Below, piece by piece: positions 1 to 12,976 of a stretch of 64,000 bases of DNA (position 1 is its first letter; the number at the start of each line of letters is the position of its first letter). The stretch is from positions 58,280,001-58,344,000 of the forward strand of contig NC_043007.1 of assembly GCF_006345805.1 (NCBI RefSeq). Direction: 5' to 3'. The notes beneath the pieces were generated by a model, which did no database searches, had not been told where the DNA came from, and saw only the letters and a program-made list of their open reading frames with translations. This stretch comes from Octopus sinensis (Eukaryota). Position numbers and translations under genes: made by a program.

Positions 1-376
1 GTATACATACAAACATGCATACATACACACATACATATATAAAAATACATATATATACATGTGTGTATGTGTGTGTGTGAGTATGTATTTATGTATGCAT
101 GTATTTTATATACGCTGTATAGCCGGTTGTTTTATACAAGCTATATAGCCGGTTATTTTATAATCCTATATCGCCGGTTGAAGCATGATAAATTGTAAAG
201 GTGGCGACATACCGTAAACAGAATCCATATTGAGTGGAGATGTTACTCTCCCATCAATCTTTAATGGGTGGTGCGGTTATGTGTGTATATGAATATGTCT
301 ATATGTCTATGTGAGTTTGTGTGTGTGGGCGTGCGCCTGTATTTGCATATATATGTGTGTGTATATATATATATAC

Positions 377-456
<80 letters not shown>

Positions 457-482
457 ATATATATATATATGTGTGTGTATAT

Positions 483-532
<50 letters not shown>

Positions 533-1472
533 TACATTTATGTGTGTGTATGTGTGTATGTGTGTGCATGTGCCCTTGTGTGTTTATGTGGTGAAGTTAC
601 CAAGTATTTAACGCAGCTATCTCGACCGCATCAATATATGATACGACATAATATAGAGATTGGCGAGTTAACGGTGTAAATAGAACGCGATAACATCATC
701 TTTATGCATATGCACGTACATATATACATATACATATTGTGTACCTGCATAAAAGTGTGTGTGTATGTATCAAACAAACTGTAACAAATTTTGTTTTATT
801 TTCTCTCTGCTTTTGTTATTTCTTCTATGAATATATTGTTTTTGTTGTTATTTCTTTTATTTTTTTTTATATTTTGAAGGGAAAGTTGCATCAACGGTTT
901 ATGGTTTATTATAAATTTATCTCAACAACAAAGGTAGATGAACTGTGAACTGTGTGAGCGGTATTTCAAATAGTAGAATTAAAAAAAAGCTATTTACTAC
1001 TATTAACAGAAGTCAACTCGCCGAACACTTTGTCTTTGGATGTATTTGTACTCTATTCTTGGCAAATGCATCATGCTGAGGTAGCGTCAGTTTAGAGGCA
1101 TTTAGAGTTACCTTTCTGATAGTATATAGTATATAGAAAAGACATTATGTGTAAGAGCTAGAAAGATGTGTATGTGTGTGTGTGTGTGTGTGTATCTATG
1201 TATGTACATATAAATATCATTTTTATATACACATATATATCAATACATAAACACACAAACATATATATATATATGTTATATACATTAATATCTAACAGTG
1301 AGAATGGGTGTTCAACACCACATTGGTGGATAAATATTCTTTAATCGTAGGTCAACCAGGCTACCATTAGTTTTATGATAGAAGAGATGTCACTAAGCAA
1401 TTATCAAGCTTGTCACATGGAATTTTGGTATTCGTCTCTATCTTGGATGAAAACACCTATATATACATATGT

Positions 1473-1543
<71 letters not shown>

Positions 1544-1868
1544 ACACACACACACAGGGTGTTCAAAAAGTTTCTCTGCAGTGAATTGTTTCTCCATGAT
1601 GTATTTCAAAAAATGTGTTGAAGAGTCAATTTATATATTGAAAATGAAGGACGACATTTTCAACACCTCTTGTAAAGTCTAATATATTCTTTTGTAGTTT
1701 TATACTATCTTACAAATATTTATTTTGCAATAAAATACCTTTAAAAACCCTGTATATGCATGTGTGTGTGTAATTATAATTTTCTTTGGAAAAATATACC
1801 GTAGAAGTGCTCAAGTCGAACCCAAGGCGGTAGACATATATATATGTATATATGTATATATATATACA

Positions 1869-1904
<36 letters not shown>

Positions 1905-1944
1905 AACGCACATACACACACACATACATATATATATTATATAT

Positions 1945-1989
<45 letters not shown>

Positions 1990-2006
1990 TTCTCTTTCTC
2001 TCTTTC

Positions 2007-2207
2007 TCTTTTACTTGTTTCAGTCATTTGACTGCGGCCATGCTGGAGCACCGCCTTTAGTCGAGCAAATCGACCCCGGGACTTATTCTTTGTAAGCCCA
2101 GTACTTATTCTATCGGTTTCTTTTTGCCGAACCGCTAAGTGACGGGGACGTAAACACACCACCATCGGTTGTCAAGCAAAGCTATGGGGACAAACACAGA
2201 CACACAA

Positions 2208-2259
<52 letters not shown>

Positions 2260-2419
2260 GACAGGCTTCTTTCAGTTTCCGTCTACCAAATCCACTCACA
2301 AGGCATTGGTCGGCCCGGGGCTATAGCAGAAGACACTTGCCCAAGATGCCACGCAGTGGGACTGAACCCGGAACCATGAGGTTGGTTAGCAAGCTACTTA
2401 CCACACAGCCACTCCTGCG

Positions 2420-2423
<4 letters not shown>
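2007..2423 (-). mobile_element. tRNA-derived SINE, family A (internal CA/TA microsatellite)
   Basis: Minus strand starts with a tRNA-like head (TAGGCGCAGGAGTGGCTGTGTGGTAAG...GGTTCCGGGTTCAGTCCCAC). Near-identical copies at 22773-23184 and 42617-42934. Confidence 0.85.
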
Positions 2424-2452
<29 letters not shown>

Positions 2453-3478
2453 TTCACTGAGGTATTACCAAACCAACTGATTATTCTCCAGGAATGCAAC
2501 ACTACTTGTCCTTTGTCACCTATTAAATAGATTTGTTGTTGTCTTTGTGTGTGTATGTGAGTATGTATGTGTGAGTGTGTATGTATGTGAGTGTATGTAT
2601 GTGTATGTGAGAGTGCACGTGTGAGTGAGTGAGTGAGTGAGTGAGTGAGTGAGTGAGTGAGTGAGTGGGTGAGGGAGTGAGTGAGCGAGTGTCTGAGTCA
2701 GTGAGTGAGTTTGTGCGGAGTGCGTGTTAAAATGTTTGTTCAAGTATTGGACGCCTTTTATATTATTAAAATAAATGACTCTACATTGAAATATTGTTTT
2801 TGTATGAATAGTCTTCATTATCTTAGGACTGAGTTAATCATGCGTAGTATACGGGATAACTACAATTCGATTTCGAGCATTATTATGTCATGACTGTTTT
2901 CTTGAACATGAGCGGCACGGATGTGGGGTTTTCAGTCCTTCAACAGACCTACACTCTTACGCTCATATGTGACAATGATGGGCACCTTTTTGCAGAAGGT
3001 TTTCAGATAGCTTCCAAACCATGCTGACGCATACCTTAATTCACCATGGCAACAGCCAGCCATAGTATGCAGCTCATCTTACATTTTAAGGATAATGTTT
3101 TTAAATCAAAGGATGCCTGAAACTTTGTAAAGTGAAGAAATCCAAGAAATCTTACATTCTCTCAACGGCATATGCATTTGCTATTTGGCCCAAAAGTGGA
3201 ACTGATCTGTATCATTGGATGCAAATAAAGTCGCGAGGTTACATCAGGGTTTTTCTTCTCCTAGAGAGATGTCCAAACACAGTAGGTATCTCTCACTCCC
3301 AGCTGCAGGGCTGCTGGATGGCTGTTGAATCGGCATGGTTCCCAAGACTTCTCGCTTCTCAAGAGGTAAAATAGTAGGGAGTTCTCTCTCCGCTTGCAAT
3401 TTATATATCGAGTGTTTTAAAAGAATGCCCACGTTTAGGTGGGGATAAACATTGGTTTCATATATATATATAATATAT

Positions 3479-3528
<50 letters not shown>

Positions 3529-3535
3529 ATATTAT

Positions 3536-4333
3536 ATAATTAGGGCTAAGTAAAATAAATTACTTTGCCAAATACTGAACTTTCTAGAAGGCTGCTATTT
3601 CTAGAAAGTTCAGTATGTGGCAAAGTAATTTATTTTACTAAGCCCTAATTATATAATATGATATTTTGAATACGCCTTAAATGGTCCTTTTACATACTGA
3701 ACACTACTTGGTGAAATTGATTAATAACTAATTAATTTTACCCTCAATTATTGATATTATAATTCCTTTCTCCCTGTTCTGTTACTACGGTTCTCACCGT
3801 TATAGTATGTTTTCTAGATAACTCACGTGGGTGGTAGAGGAAAGAACATGAATCTTCGCTTGTACATTTTGAATTTGCTAGTACTGGCAGTTTGAGGGTG
3901 TTTGTCTGAGGTGATACATCGCCGGACGGGTATGTTCATTCTTTTAGTGCTTTCAAATCCAAAATTAAGAAATGTTGAGCTGACGAAGGAAATGCTGAGT
4001 TTTATTTCGGCTAATCTAGAAACGTGACGTTCTCAAATGATCTTTGTACTTGTGATATTTTACTGTTTTACCTCCATATCTTCGTGAGTTATTCGTGAGT
4101 TATTTTTGAGTAAACATTATCTGGGAGAACTTTTCTTAAAGTAGTGGAAATGGCTAAAAAATTTTTTGACTGCTATTTCTAGAAAGTTCAGTATGTGGCA
4201 AAGTAATTTATTTACTAAGCCCTAATTATATAATATAATATTTTGAATACGCCTTAAATGTCCTTTTACATACTGAACACTACTTGGTGAAATTGATTAA
4301 TAACTAATTAATTTTACCCTCAATTATTGATAT
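3536..4333 (+). mobile_element. Non-coding PLE-derived partial-tandem element with 5' inverted segment
   Basis: Direct repeats 3592-3757 and 4170-4333 (period about 578 bp). Inverted arm 3536-3589 pairs with 3599-3652. Flanked by (TA)n. Hammerhead-like motif inside. Confidence 0.7.
3975..4036 (+). ncRNA. Type I hammerhead ribozyme motif, degenerate stem II base
   Basis: TTGAG-CTGACGA-[stem II with GCTGAG/TTCGGC]-GAAAC-GTGAC-GTT-CTCAA. Stem I TTGAG/CTCAA is perfect. Confidence 0.6.
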
Positions 4334-4401
4334 ATATAGTATATATATATAATATATATATATGTGTGGTGTGTGTGTGTGTATGTTGTATGTATGTATG
4401 C

Positions 4402-4448
<47 letters not shown>

Positions 4449-4497
4449 GAAAAAACAAGTCAAGATAGAAAATGCTAAAATAATTTTATAAAGAACA

Positions 4498-4541
4498 TTT
4501 CAGTACCGGTTTCGGTCATTTTGAGACCTTTTCAACTGTAA
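4498..4541 (-). ncRNA. Minimal hammerhead-like motif with variant core in PLE 3' region
   Basis: Minus: CAG-TTGAAAA-GGTC-TCAAAAT-GACC-GAAAC-CG-GTA-CTG. Stems I and II and palindromic ACCGGT stem III are present; core differs from CUGANGA at two positions. Confidence 0.5.
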
Positions 4542-4944
4542 CGTTTAAACAATTAAATTTAGAAAATTAAAAGAAAAGTTTTTTTTAAGGAATATTTGTA
4601 TAGTATTCAAATATAAGTGGCATTTTCCTTGTTTCTGCCTTTCTCTGTCTCTCTTGTTTACACTTGCGGGTTCGAGGTCGTTGTGAATTCTTGGTAGGGT
4701 AGAAGAAGAAGAAGAAGAAGAAGAAGAAGAAGAAGAAGAAGAAGAAGAAGAAGAAGAAGAAGAAGAAGAAGAAGGATGATGAGGAGAAGGGGTGGAAAAA
4801 TTTGGGAGTGCCTTGATTGTCGTATTTTGAATGGTCAGTGGCGGCTAGCAGTTGCAGTTCAATTCATGAGAATATTTCTATTGAAAGGTTTGTTTATAGA
4901 ATTTGCGTAGGTGTTATACTAAAAAGTATTAGTGATAAAGTTAA

Positions 4945-5390
4945 GAAGTAGAAGGTGGAGCAGAAGAAGAAGAAGAAGAAGAAGAAGAAGAAGAAGAAGA
5001 AGATGATGATGATGACGATGTTGATGATGATGAAGAAGAAGAAGAAGAAGAAGAAGAAGGAGAAGAAGAAGAAGAAGAAGAAGAAGAAGAAGAAGAAGAA
5101 AAAGGAGAAGAAGAAGAAGATGATGATGATGACGATGTTGATGATGATGAAGAAGAAGAAGAAGAAGAAGAAGGAGAAGAAGAAGAAGAAGAAGAAGAAG
5201 AAGAAGAAGATGATGATGATGATGATGATGACGATGTTGATGATGATGAAGAAGAAGAAGAAGAAGAAGAAGGAGAAGAAGAAGAAGAAGAAGAAGAAGA
5301 AGAAGATGTTGATGATGATGATGGTAATGATGATGACGATGATGATGATGAAGATGATGATGAAGAAGAGGAAGAAGAAGAAAGAGAAGG
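4945..5390. repeat. Compound (GAA)n/(GAT)n microsatellite with higher-order repeat
   Basis: Block GATGATGACGATGTTGATGATGAT-(GAA)n-GGAGAA recurs 3-4 times. Confidence 0.95.
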
Positions 5391-6534
5391 GATAATATGA
5401 ATGAGTGGAAGTAGTGAGGTGTTGTATGACTTGAAGTTGGCACGTTATGGGTTATAGCTGTGATTGGGGCTGATTTGTAATAGATTCTTTGGAATGTAAT
5501 ATTTGCGTGTGCATTTGTGTTATTCTAAAGCTAAGGTGTATATATCGTTTGTCGTAGACCCGTTAAGAAGTGGCCTGTATTTTGTAATAAAGAGAGTTTC
5601 TTTACTTATTCGTTGTCTCGAGGTTGTATCGTCCCTAAATTGGTAGAGGGGGAAAATCCTGAAGCTTCGTGTTTTGTTGTTGGCTCAAGTATCTATGTGT
5701 TGGCTGAATGCTATTTTTCTGTTTTGGAGAATTCTTATCTGGGAACTGTGCAGGGCCATTCTTTCACGCAAACTATTTTTGTTTGGCCTATGTACTGCTC
5801 TTGACACCCAGAGCAGGTTAGTGTGTATATCAGGTTCTCCGAAGCACATGTGAAGTTGCTTTTCACTGTAAACCGTTGTCCCTGTTTGAAGGAGAACTCT
5901 GATCCCTCAATGATAATCGCATATCCCGCAATTGGGTCTTCCACATTTTTTTACTGTCGGCTTCTGTGTTGAAGAGTGTATTCGGGCTTGTGTTAGGAGA
6001 CTTTTCAAATGATCATGTGTGTTTGGAGGATTGTGTTCATTCTGTGGTCTTTTTTTAGGAGAGGTATGTTTTGGAGGATGGTGTCGAAGGCTTCATTGTT
6101 GAGAGGGTTGTGTGTGGAGATGTATGGTAAAGCTTTTGGTCGTAAATTTTTCTTTGATTTGGGATGTCTCAGTTCATGGATGTTGAGTTGAAGGGCACGT
6201 TGAATGCATATGTCAATAAGTGAAGGTGGATAGTTCCTGGTGATGAGGGTATCTTTTAGTTCTTGTAGTCGTGTGTCTCTGGTGTTTGCATTAGAAACTA
6301 TAGTACATGTCCTTTTTGCTATATATATATTAATTATTTTATTTTCAGTTATAATCTTTTCTACTATAGTACATATACTACTATAATAGAAAGAAATGAG
6401 TGCCTAGGAGGCGGGACCCCCAGCCTCTGCTATAGACTTTTATAGACTACAAATTATTATTCTTATACAAGAATGGTGTTCACAGTGGGTTTGAAATGTT
6501 GACGAGCTAAGCTAACGACGACATATTCCATCAT

Positions 6535-6572
<38 letters not shown>

Positions 6573-6596
6573 GTGTGTGCATGTGTGTATGTGTGT

Positions 6597-7035
6597 GGAG
6601 ACGCAATGACCCAGTGGGGAGGGCAGCGGACTCGCGGTCGTAGGATCGCGGATTCGGTTCCCAGATAGGGCGTTGTGAGTGTTTATGTGAAGCTGCAATG
6701 GCTCAGTGGTTAAGGCAGCTGACTAGCGGTCGTAGGATCGCAGCTTAGATTTCCAGACCGGGCGTTGTGAATGTATATTGAGCGAAAACACCTAAAGCGC
6801 CACGAGGCTCATTCACTCCAACTTTCTCTCACTTTTTCTTCATGTTTCTGTTGTACCTGTATTTTCAAAGGCCAGCCTTGTCATACTCTGTGTCACGCTG
6901 AATCTCCCCGAGAACTACATTAATGGTGCACATGTCTGTGGAGTGCTCCGCCACTTGCACGATAATTTCACGAGCAAGCTGATCTGTTGATCGATCAACT
7001 GGACTCTTCGTCGTCGTAATCGGCGGAGTGCCACA

Positions 7036-7036
<1 letters not shown>
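6597..7036 (+). mobile_element. tRNA-derived SINE, family C, with duplicated tRNA head
   Basis: Two successive A/B-box-like heads (GCAATGACCCAGTGG...TAGGATCGCGG at 6597-6690 and GCAATGGCTCAGTGGTTAAGG...TAGGATCGCAG from about 6691), then a single body. Confidence 0.7.
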
Positions 7037-7080
<44 letters not shown>

Positions 7081-7084
7081 ATAT

Positions 7085-7296
7085 TTCTTTACTATCCACA
7101 AGGAGCTAAACACAGAGGGGACAAACAAGGACAGACAAGCGGATTAAGTCGTTTACATCGACCCCAGTACGTAACTGGTACTTAATTTATCAACCCCGAA
7201 AGGATGAGAGGCAAAGTCGACCTCGGCGTAATTTGAATTCAGAACATAACAGCAGACGAAATACTGCTAAGCATTTCGCCCGGTGTGCTAACGAAC
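7085..7296 (-). mobile_element. tRNA-derived SINE, family B
   Basis: Shared core (reverse complement) GTCGACTTTGCCTTTCATCCTTTCGGGGTCGATAAA...GTACC, present in at least 8 copies in the window. Confidence 0.85.
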
Positions 7297-10200
7297 CTAC
7301 CATCCTGTCGTCTTCATTGCCAGAAGAAATATCGCAAAACATTTTATCCGACATTCTAACCATTCTGCCCGGTCACTGTTTATGTAATTAGGCGGTGAGA
7401 TGGGAGAATTATTATAATATAATAATATAATATATTTTAGTAATAATGATAACATATTAAAACTCAAAATATACGGTATAAAGGACAATGGGACTGAGAA
7501 AGAGGTCTCGGGATCAAAAACTAAAAGAACTTGCATATTTTATTAGATATCTCGATATGTTCTGACCAAAACATAACACGGAAGATCCTTCCAAAATTAT
7601 TTATAAGCATAAAAAACTACGAATTAGTAAAAAAAAGTAAACAAGTTGTTGTGTGTGTCAATAAAAACGGTAATGAAGAAACAAAGGATCATGAACAAAA
7701 TCATATTTCCTATACAATGCCTCCCAATTTGCTGTGGATTCCAAAATATAGGCCTAAGATATTACAAGTAAGCAAAACCAGACACTTTGAATTCTATAAC
7801 TAGTACATCACATGTTGTATATTTATCATTATGACAAAATAATAAATATTAGAGACTACATATTTACACAATCATGCAACAATAAAATATGACAATTCAC
7901 ACAGTACGTGTTCCCCACAATCACCAACAAATAAAATGTCACAAGTCACACATCACTGCCCAATAAAATATCACAGCAGACAATCAACATCATCACCATA
8001 TAATGAAAGAGCACAGACCTCCCAACAAAACTATATAACTTACATAACAATCATCTCGCAATGCTATAAAGATTTTCACAACAAAAACAATAAAATGGTA
8101 GAATACGAGACAAACAGGCAACATCACAAAGTAAATTAGGGGTAATACAAGCAGCTTCCCTTCCTACAACAATCCCCAAAACGGACACATTTCAGGGACA
8201 TGGAAATACTGCAACCAGCGATTAAGTATGTAGTCGTTCGATGCGCTATATTCTCCAGCCATATATCCTTGATATAACACTCTTCTGTCTTAAAATGAAA
8301 ACACTGGTTGATGTAGTCCAGGATACACTATACCCGAAAAAGAAAAGAAAATTGCAGCAGGAACTCCTTTACCATACTGGGTTAAATGTGGCTAAATAAT
8401 AATACTAGAGGGACACTGGCGGCGGAGGGAAAAAAACACAAACGTAAAGTTGGTTGACGAATGAAACTGAATAGTAATGTATATTTTGTGAAACCATGTT
8501 AACCAGACATAATTAATTGAGGAGGCTAATATAATTAATATAATGAAAAAAAAATAATAAAATCTTATCAGTCTCTTTCGGCAGTCGCTTGTAATTAAAT
8601 ATAATTTAGTAATAAAACAAGTTTTTAGTTCTTTTTGTATTTTTTTTATTCCATGAAGTAACTTCATTAATTAGGTTTCACTCTTTCGTGACACTGTAGA
8701 CCAAAGGCGCAAGTATAAATATGCCCTGAGATGTCTGAGAATATTATCGATAGATCCGATGTTGTGGATATTAACTCTAGCTTTTTCTCATTTCTCTTTT
8801 TGTTGTTTCGTCCAGTTCAAGTCTTCAACTTTTACTCCTTTCTCCATAACTCTCCAACATTGCACACGTTCAATCGCTGTCTTCTACGCAGCAGTAAGCA
8901 CACCACCCTCTTCATCGCGATGTCGTTTCATCTAAACTTTGTAACGAACTTTCTGATGCATTTCAGCTCGCTGTAGACCAAGGCCTAGCATATCGAATAA
9001 CATCCATGCGAATCACTTGTTTAACACAAAGCAGCTACAATTCCTAAATGAAAACTGGAAACTCTTGTGCACTGCAGGGCCACCTGGTTGAAGATGTGGA
9101 TTACCATCAACTTTGTGAGTTATCAGCGATAGAATTTGTATAATAAAACAGATGGTGATGTTTCTGGGAGTATAGTGACATATGTACCACAAAGCCGCAA
9201 TATGCTATAATACGCCTAAGACATTACAGTATCAGCATCTCACAAGTCTCCAGACACAAACTAATAGTAGCCCTAACTCCTCAATCATTAGAAACCTAGA
9301 TAAAACAATGGATTTATAGTATCAAATCCAATGTCTTCCTCATCATTAGTAGCACAAAAAGCGCAAAATAAAAAATCCTTCACACTGAATAACAGAAACA
9401 CACACACACGCGCGCGCTCACGCACGCACACACACTCACAAAACAAAAATTCGAGGAAGTACATACAATAATTCCATAACATTTACAGCACACAGAGAGC
9501 ATTTGATAGTGAGAGGAAAAGGCAGATAAGTATCATTTATATCAGTATCATTTATATCAGTATCATGTTTGCCTAAAAGAAAGAAACAACAGTGATATAG
9601 AAACAATATATTCAATAAATTAGGTTTTGTGTCAGCCATTCCTGAGCCCTCAGTCTCTTCACAAACCATCGTGAAAAACAGTATAAAATATAAACAACAA
9701 AAATAACTCATTTTGCATCATCACATGTTGCACACAGGTCACACTTGTACAAAAATAGTAAAAAAGAAACTCACCGGGTCATACGAGCAGCACATTTCAT
9801 TTGAGCATCAGGCATCAATCTTTGTAGGTAAAACATACAAAATCATTCCAATCAGCTGACACATCTACATCCTTAAAACGCAATTGTATAGAGCCATCTT
9901 ACGAAAACAGTCTCTCCTAATCGGCCCAGTAAAACATAAAAAAACACACACAAATCGCATCAACATCAACAACATTATTAAACCCGAGTACTGTGCTGGG
10001 ATAAATACGAATAAGTGACTGTTGACATAAGTTTGTAGACCTAAGTTTGTTGAAGTGAGGTTCGATAACAACATCAGCAACGAGAGTACAGAAATTGTGG
10101 AGAGAGAGTGACATTATTCAGATAACAACCTTGCACTCTATTGAATCAATCACACTATTTCATACGATTCAATGTGGTTTTCAACTGGTCAGAGGCTTGC

Positions 10201-11103
10201 TATAACTGGAACAAAAGTTCTATGAGTGGTAGTGGTAGGTAACCGTCTTATGATATGAATCTGCTTGATCTGATTTATGCTGAGCACAATAATAACATAT
10301 TAAGAAACCATTCACTAATTGAAAACACAATCACCCTGCATAAAATCACTTTTAACATAGACACAAGACCACAAATACCTTCAAGTAAAAAAATTTGATT
10401 ATGAAATCAATCTTAATCATAAACCATAACGAAAATCTGAGCAGGCAAATAAAACACTGTATATTTAATGATCTGAACATTAAATAAGATTTGTCTTAAC
10501 CGACTACTAATTATAACATTAATCAACTATTATTTATCACACAAATTAACTGGCAATCATTACGCGAATTAGCTATTTACTATCACACGAATTAATTATT
10601 AATTACCACCCGAATGAATTATGATGACAAGAATTGACTATTATTATACGAATTAATTATTAATTAATACAAGTTAATTACTTATTACCGCACGAATCAT
10701 CTACAATTATGCATTGTAAGTATTAATGATTATAAAAATAAACTATTATTTATCACATGAACTCAAATGAATTATAAAACTAAGACTTATCACCAACCGC
10801 ACCGAATAATTTTTTCATACCAACTGAATTTACTTTGGATTTGAATGGTCTAACTGATGGTTATAGTTACACCCTTAAAACAGAATTAAAACGCCGTAGT
10901 TGTAAACTGACATTTCATTCACGTTTGAAAGCATAATTACATCATAAAAATTTAGAAACTTCAAGAGAACCTGACATAATTTTTTGCGTGTAAATATTGA
11001 GCTTTAACATCGTTTCGAAACAGAAAACGTTACGTGTGTATTATTATATATTATTACGCATTATTTTGTAATACTATGTATATCTACCACTATGTATATC
11101 TAA

Positions 11104-11459
11104 ATCAAGGGTTCTCTACCATGTTTTGGCTATGGACTCCTTTGATTATTGTTCTGTTATGGTGGACCCCAAAGCCATTCGATGTTTTACAAACCACTTT
11201 TATATAACCTTCTTTCAAAATTCCTATTTTGTTTTTCACGCATTCAATCGTAGAGGTTGAACTATCTAAAACGTTAGAGAAAAACATTTAGTTGATTTTT
11301 ACAATAAATACATCTAAATCAAAATATTTTCATAGACCCTTCAAATATTATCCATTTTGATATTATTTTTGATATTATTTTTGATATTATCCATTTTGAT
11401 ATTTTGCTTCTGTGGACCCCCAAGGAGTTAAATGGACCACGGTGAGGATCCACTGATCT
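11104..11459. mobile_element. Possible hAT-like MITE
   Basis: Degenerate terminal inverted repeats (AATCAAGGGTTCTCTACC ... GGTGAGGATCCACTGATC) and internal GGACCCC motifs. Confidence 0.35.
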
Positions 11460-12072
11460 AAATATATAACAAATAGTGTAACAGCAAAGATTTCACAGGT
11501 GATTTATCGAACACAAACATCATTTGCGTAATTACGTAACAAATTAATGAATCCATCCCATTTAAATTAATTAATCAAAAATGCGTTTATATAAATAAAT
11601 TAGGTAATTATATGAATGATGATATTTGTATTCTAACAGTTGGAATAGCTGTGGAGCAAAATTAAATTGTGAATCATTTGTGTAATCTTCGCTTTTTTTT
11701 TTACTAAATATGTTGACACTGAAAAATCGTTTTAATAAATTTTTTTGTACATGCAAACCAATTTCCCTTCTAATTATTGCGTTGCAATAATATATAGGAG
11801 TTTAATGACATAGTAATAATTGAGGTCTTAAATACAGTTGATACATTTTGTGGTGATTGAATCATGAATTCAATATCTTAAACTATATGCGTGTGTATGT
11901 GTGTGTATGGGCGTGTATATACATATAAGTCTGGATGTATGTATATGTATATATATATATAATTATATATATATATATATATTATATATATATATATATA
12001 TGTATAAATATATAGATGTCTGTATGTATTTAAATGTATATATATATATATATGTGTATATATATGTGTATA

Positions 12073-12146
<74 letters not shown>

Positions 12147-12405
12147 TTATTATTTGAGGGAATAAAATCCAAAACTTACAAGAAAAAATTCAATTTGGAA
12201 ATGCTAAATCAAATTTCACACAATATAATTTATATAAAAAATTAGAAAGAAATCCCACCTTTTATCAATTCAAAATGAACAATTAAATTACACCATCTAG
12301 AAAATTACATATAATATAAATATTAACATTAAAATAACAATAAAATGTCAATGATTAAGTAAATTGCAAAGAATAATAATAATAATAACGTATATAATTG
12401 TAGAA

Positions 12406-12492
12406 TAACAACACGTGTTTCGTGGCTATATTTAAGAAATGATTATAGTGGTAGAGAAATCACTCGATAAAATATAGTCACTCATCAGGTTA
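12406..12492 (-). ncRNA. Type I hammerhead ribozyme motif (canonical core, GUU site)
   Basis: Minus: TAAC-CTGATGA-GTGACTATATTT...AAATATAGCCAC-GAAAC-ACGT-GTT-GTTA. 12-position stem II with one mismatch; ACACGTGT palindrome. Confidence 0.75.
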
Positions 12493-12937
12493 AAAATAAA
12501 TTAGAACAATAAAATAATTAATTTATAAATATATTTTAATATAATATATATATATATTATATATATATTATATATATATATATGAAAATATTAATATACA
12601 TAAGTGAAGACTAAAACAATACTAAATTATTAAATACTTTAAAATTAAGTAAAGTACACAAATCTTGTACAAGTCATTAAATTGGAATTAAAATAAAAAA
12701 ATTGGTTCAAATATATACAAACTCCTTAAATAAGCTAACTATATAATCAATATACATGTGTAGTATCTATAGATTTAATATAAGAATCTATAACAAAGTT
12801 GACTAAATATCAAATAATATAATACCAAAGTAACTTAAAATTAAATATCACAAATAAATAAGCCACCTAATAATTAAATAATATATTGTCTGACTAAATA
12901 AATTCTTAAATTAAATTAAATTTAATTCGTTAGATCC

Positions 12938-12976
<39 letters not shown>

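Larger units (their letters stand above)
4445..6320 (-). mobile_element. 5'-truncated Penelope-like element (RT C-terminus, GIY-YIG, 3' UTR/pLTR with GAA/GAT expansions)
   Basis: Minus-strand frame 5735-5944 encodes FTVKSNFTCASENLIYTLTCSGCQEQYIGQT (GIY-YIG). The upstream minus frame reads RTCTIVSNANTRDTRLQELK, homologous to the PLE at 33-35 kb. Stops and frameshifts present. Confidence 0.85.

Noticed and set aside
3020-3135. CTGACG...GAAACTTTGTAAAGTG hammerhead-like arrangement
   Set aside because: Incomplete core, G at the cleavage position and no stem I.
6284-6302. GAAAC-TATA-GTA hammerhead-like word
   Set aside because: Lies in the antisense of the PLE RT coding region (CTIVSN), with no upstream core or stems.
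8694-8981. Higher-complexity segment bounded by TGTAGACCAA direct repeats with protein-like minus frame
   Set aside because: Stops occur at about random frequency and there is no recognisable motif.
9078-9114. Possible 37-nt micro-exon (CAG|GGCCACCTGG...CTTT|GTGAGT)
   Set aside because: Weak polypyrimidine tract, no neighbouring exons and no recognisable peptide; needs RNA-seq.
9770-9920. Strong minus-strand donor (CG|GTGAGT) in the unique 7.5-10.4 kb region
   Set aside because: No convincing open exon or acceptor; a single splice-like word is expected by chance.
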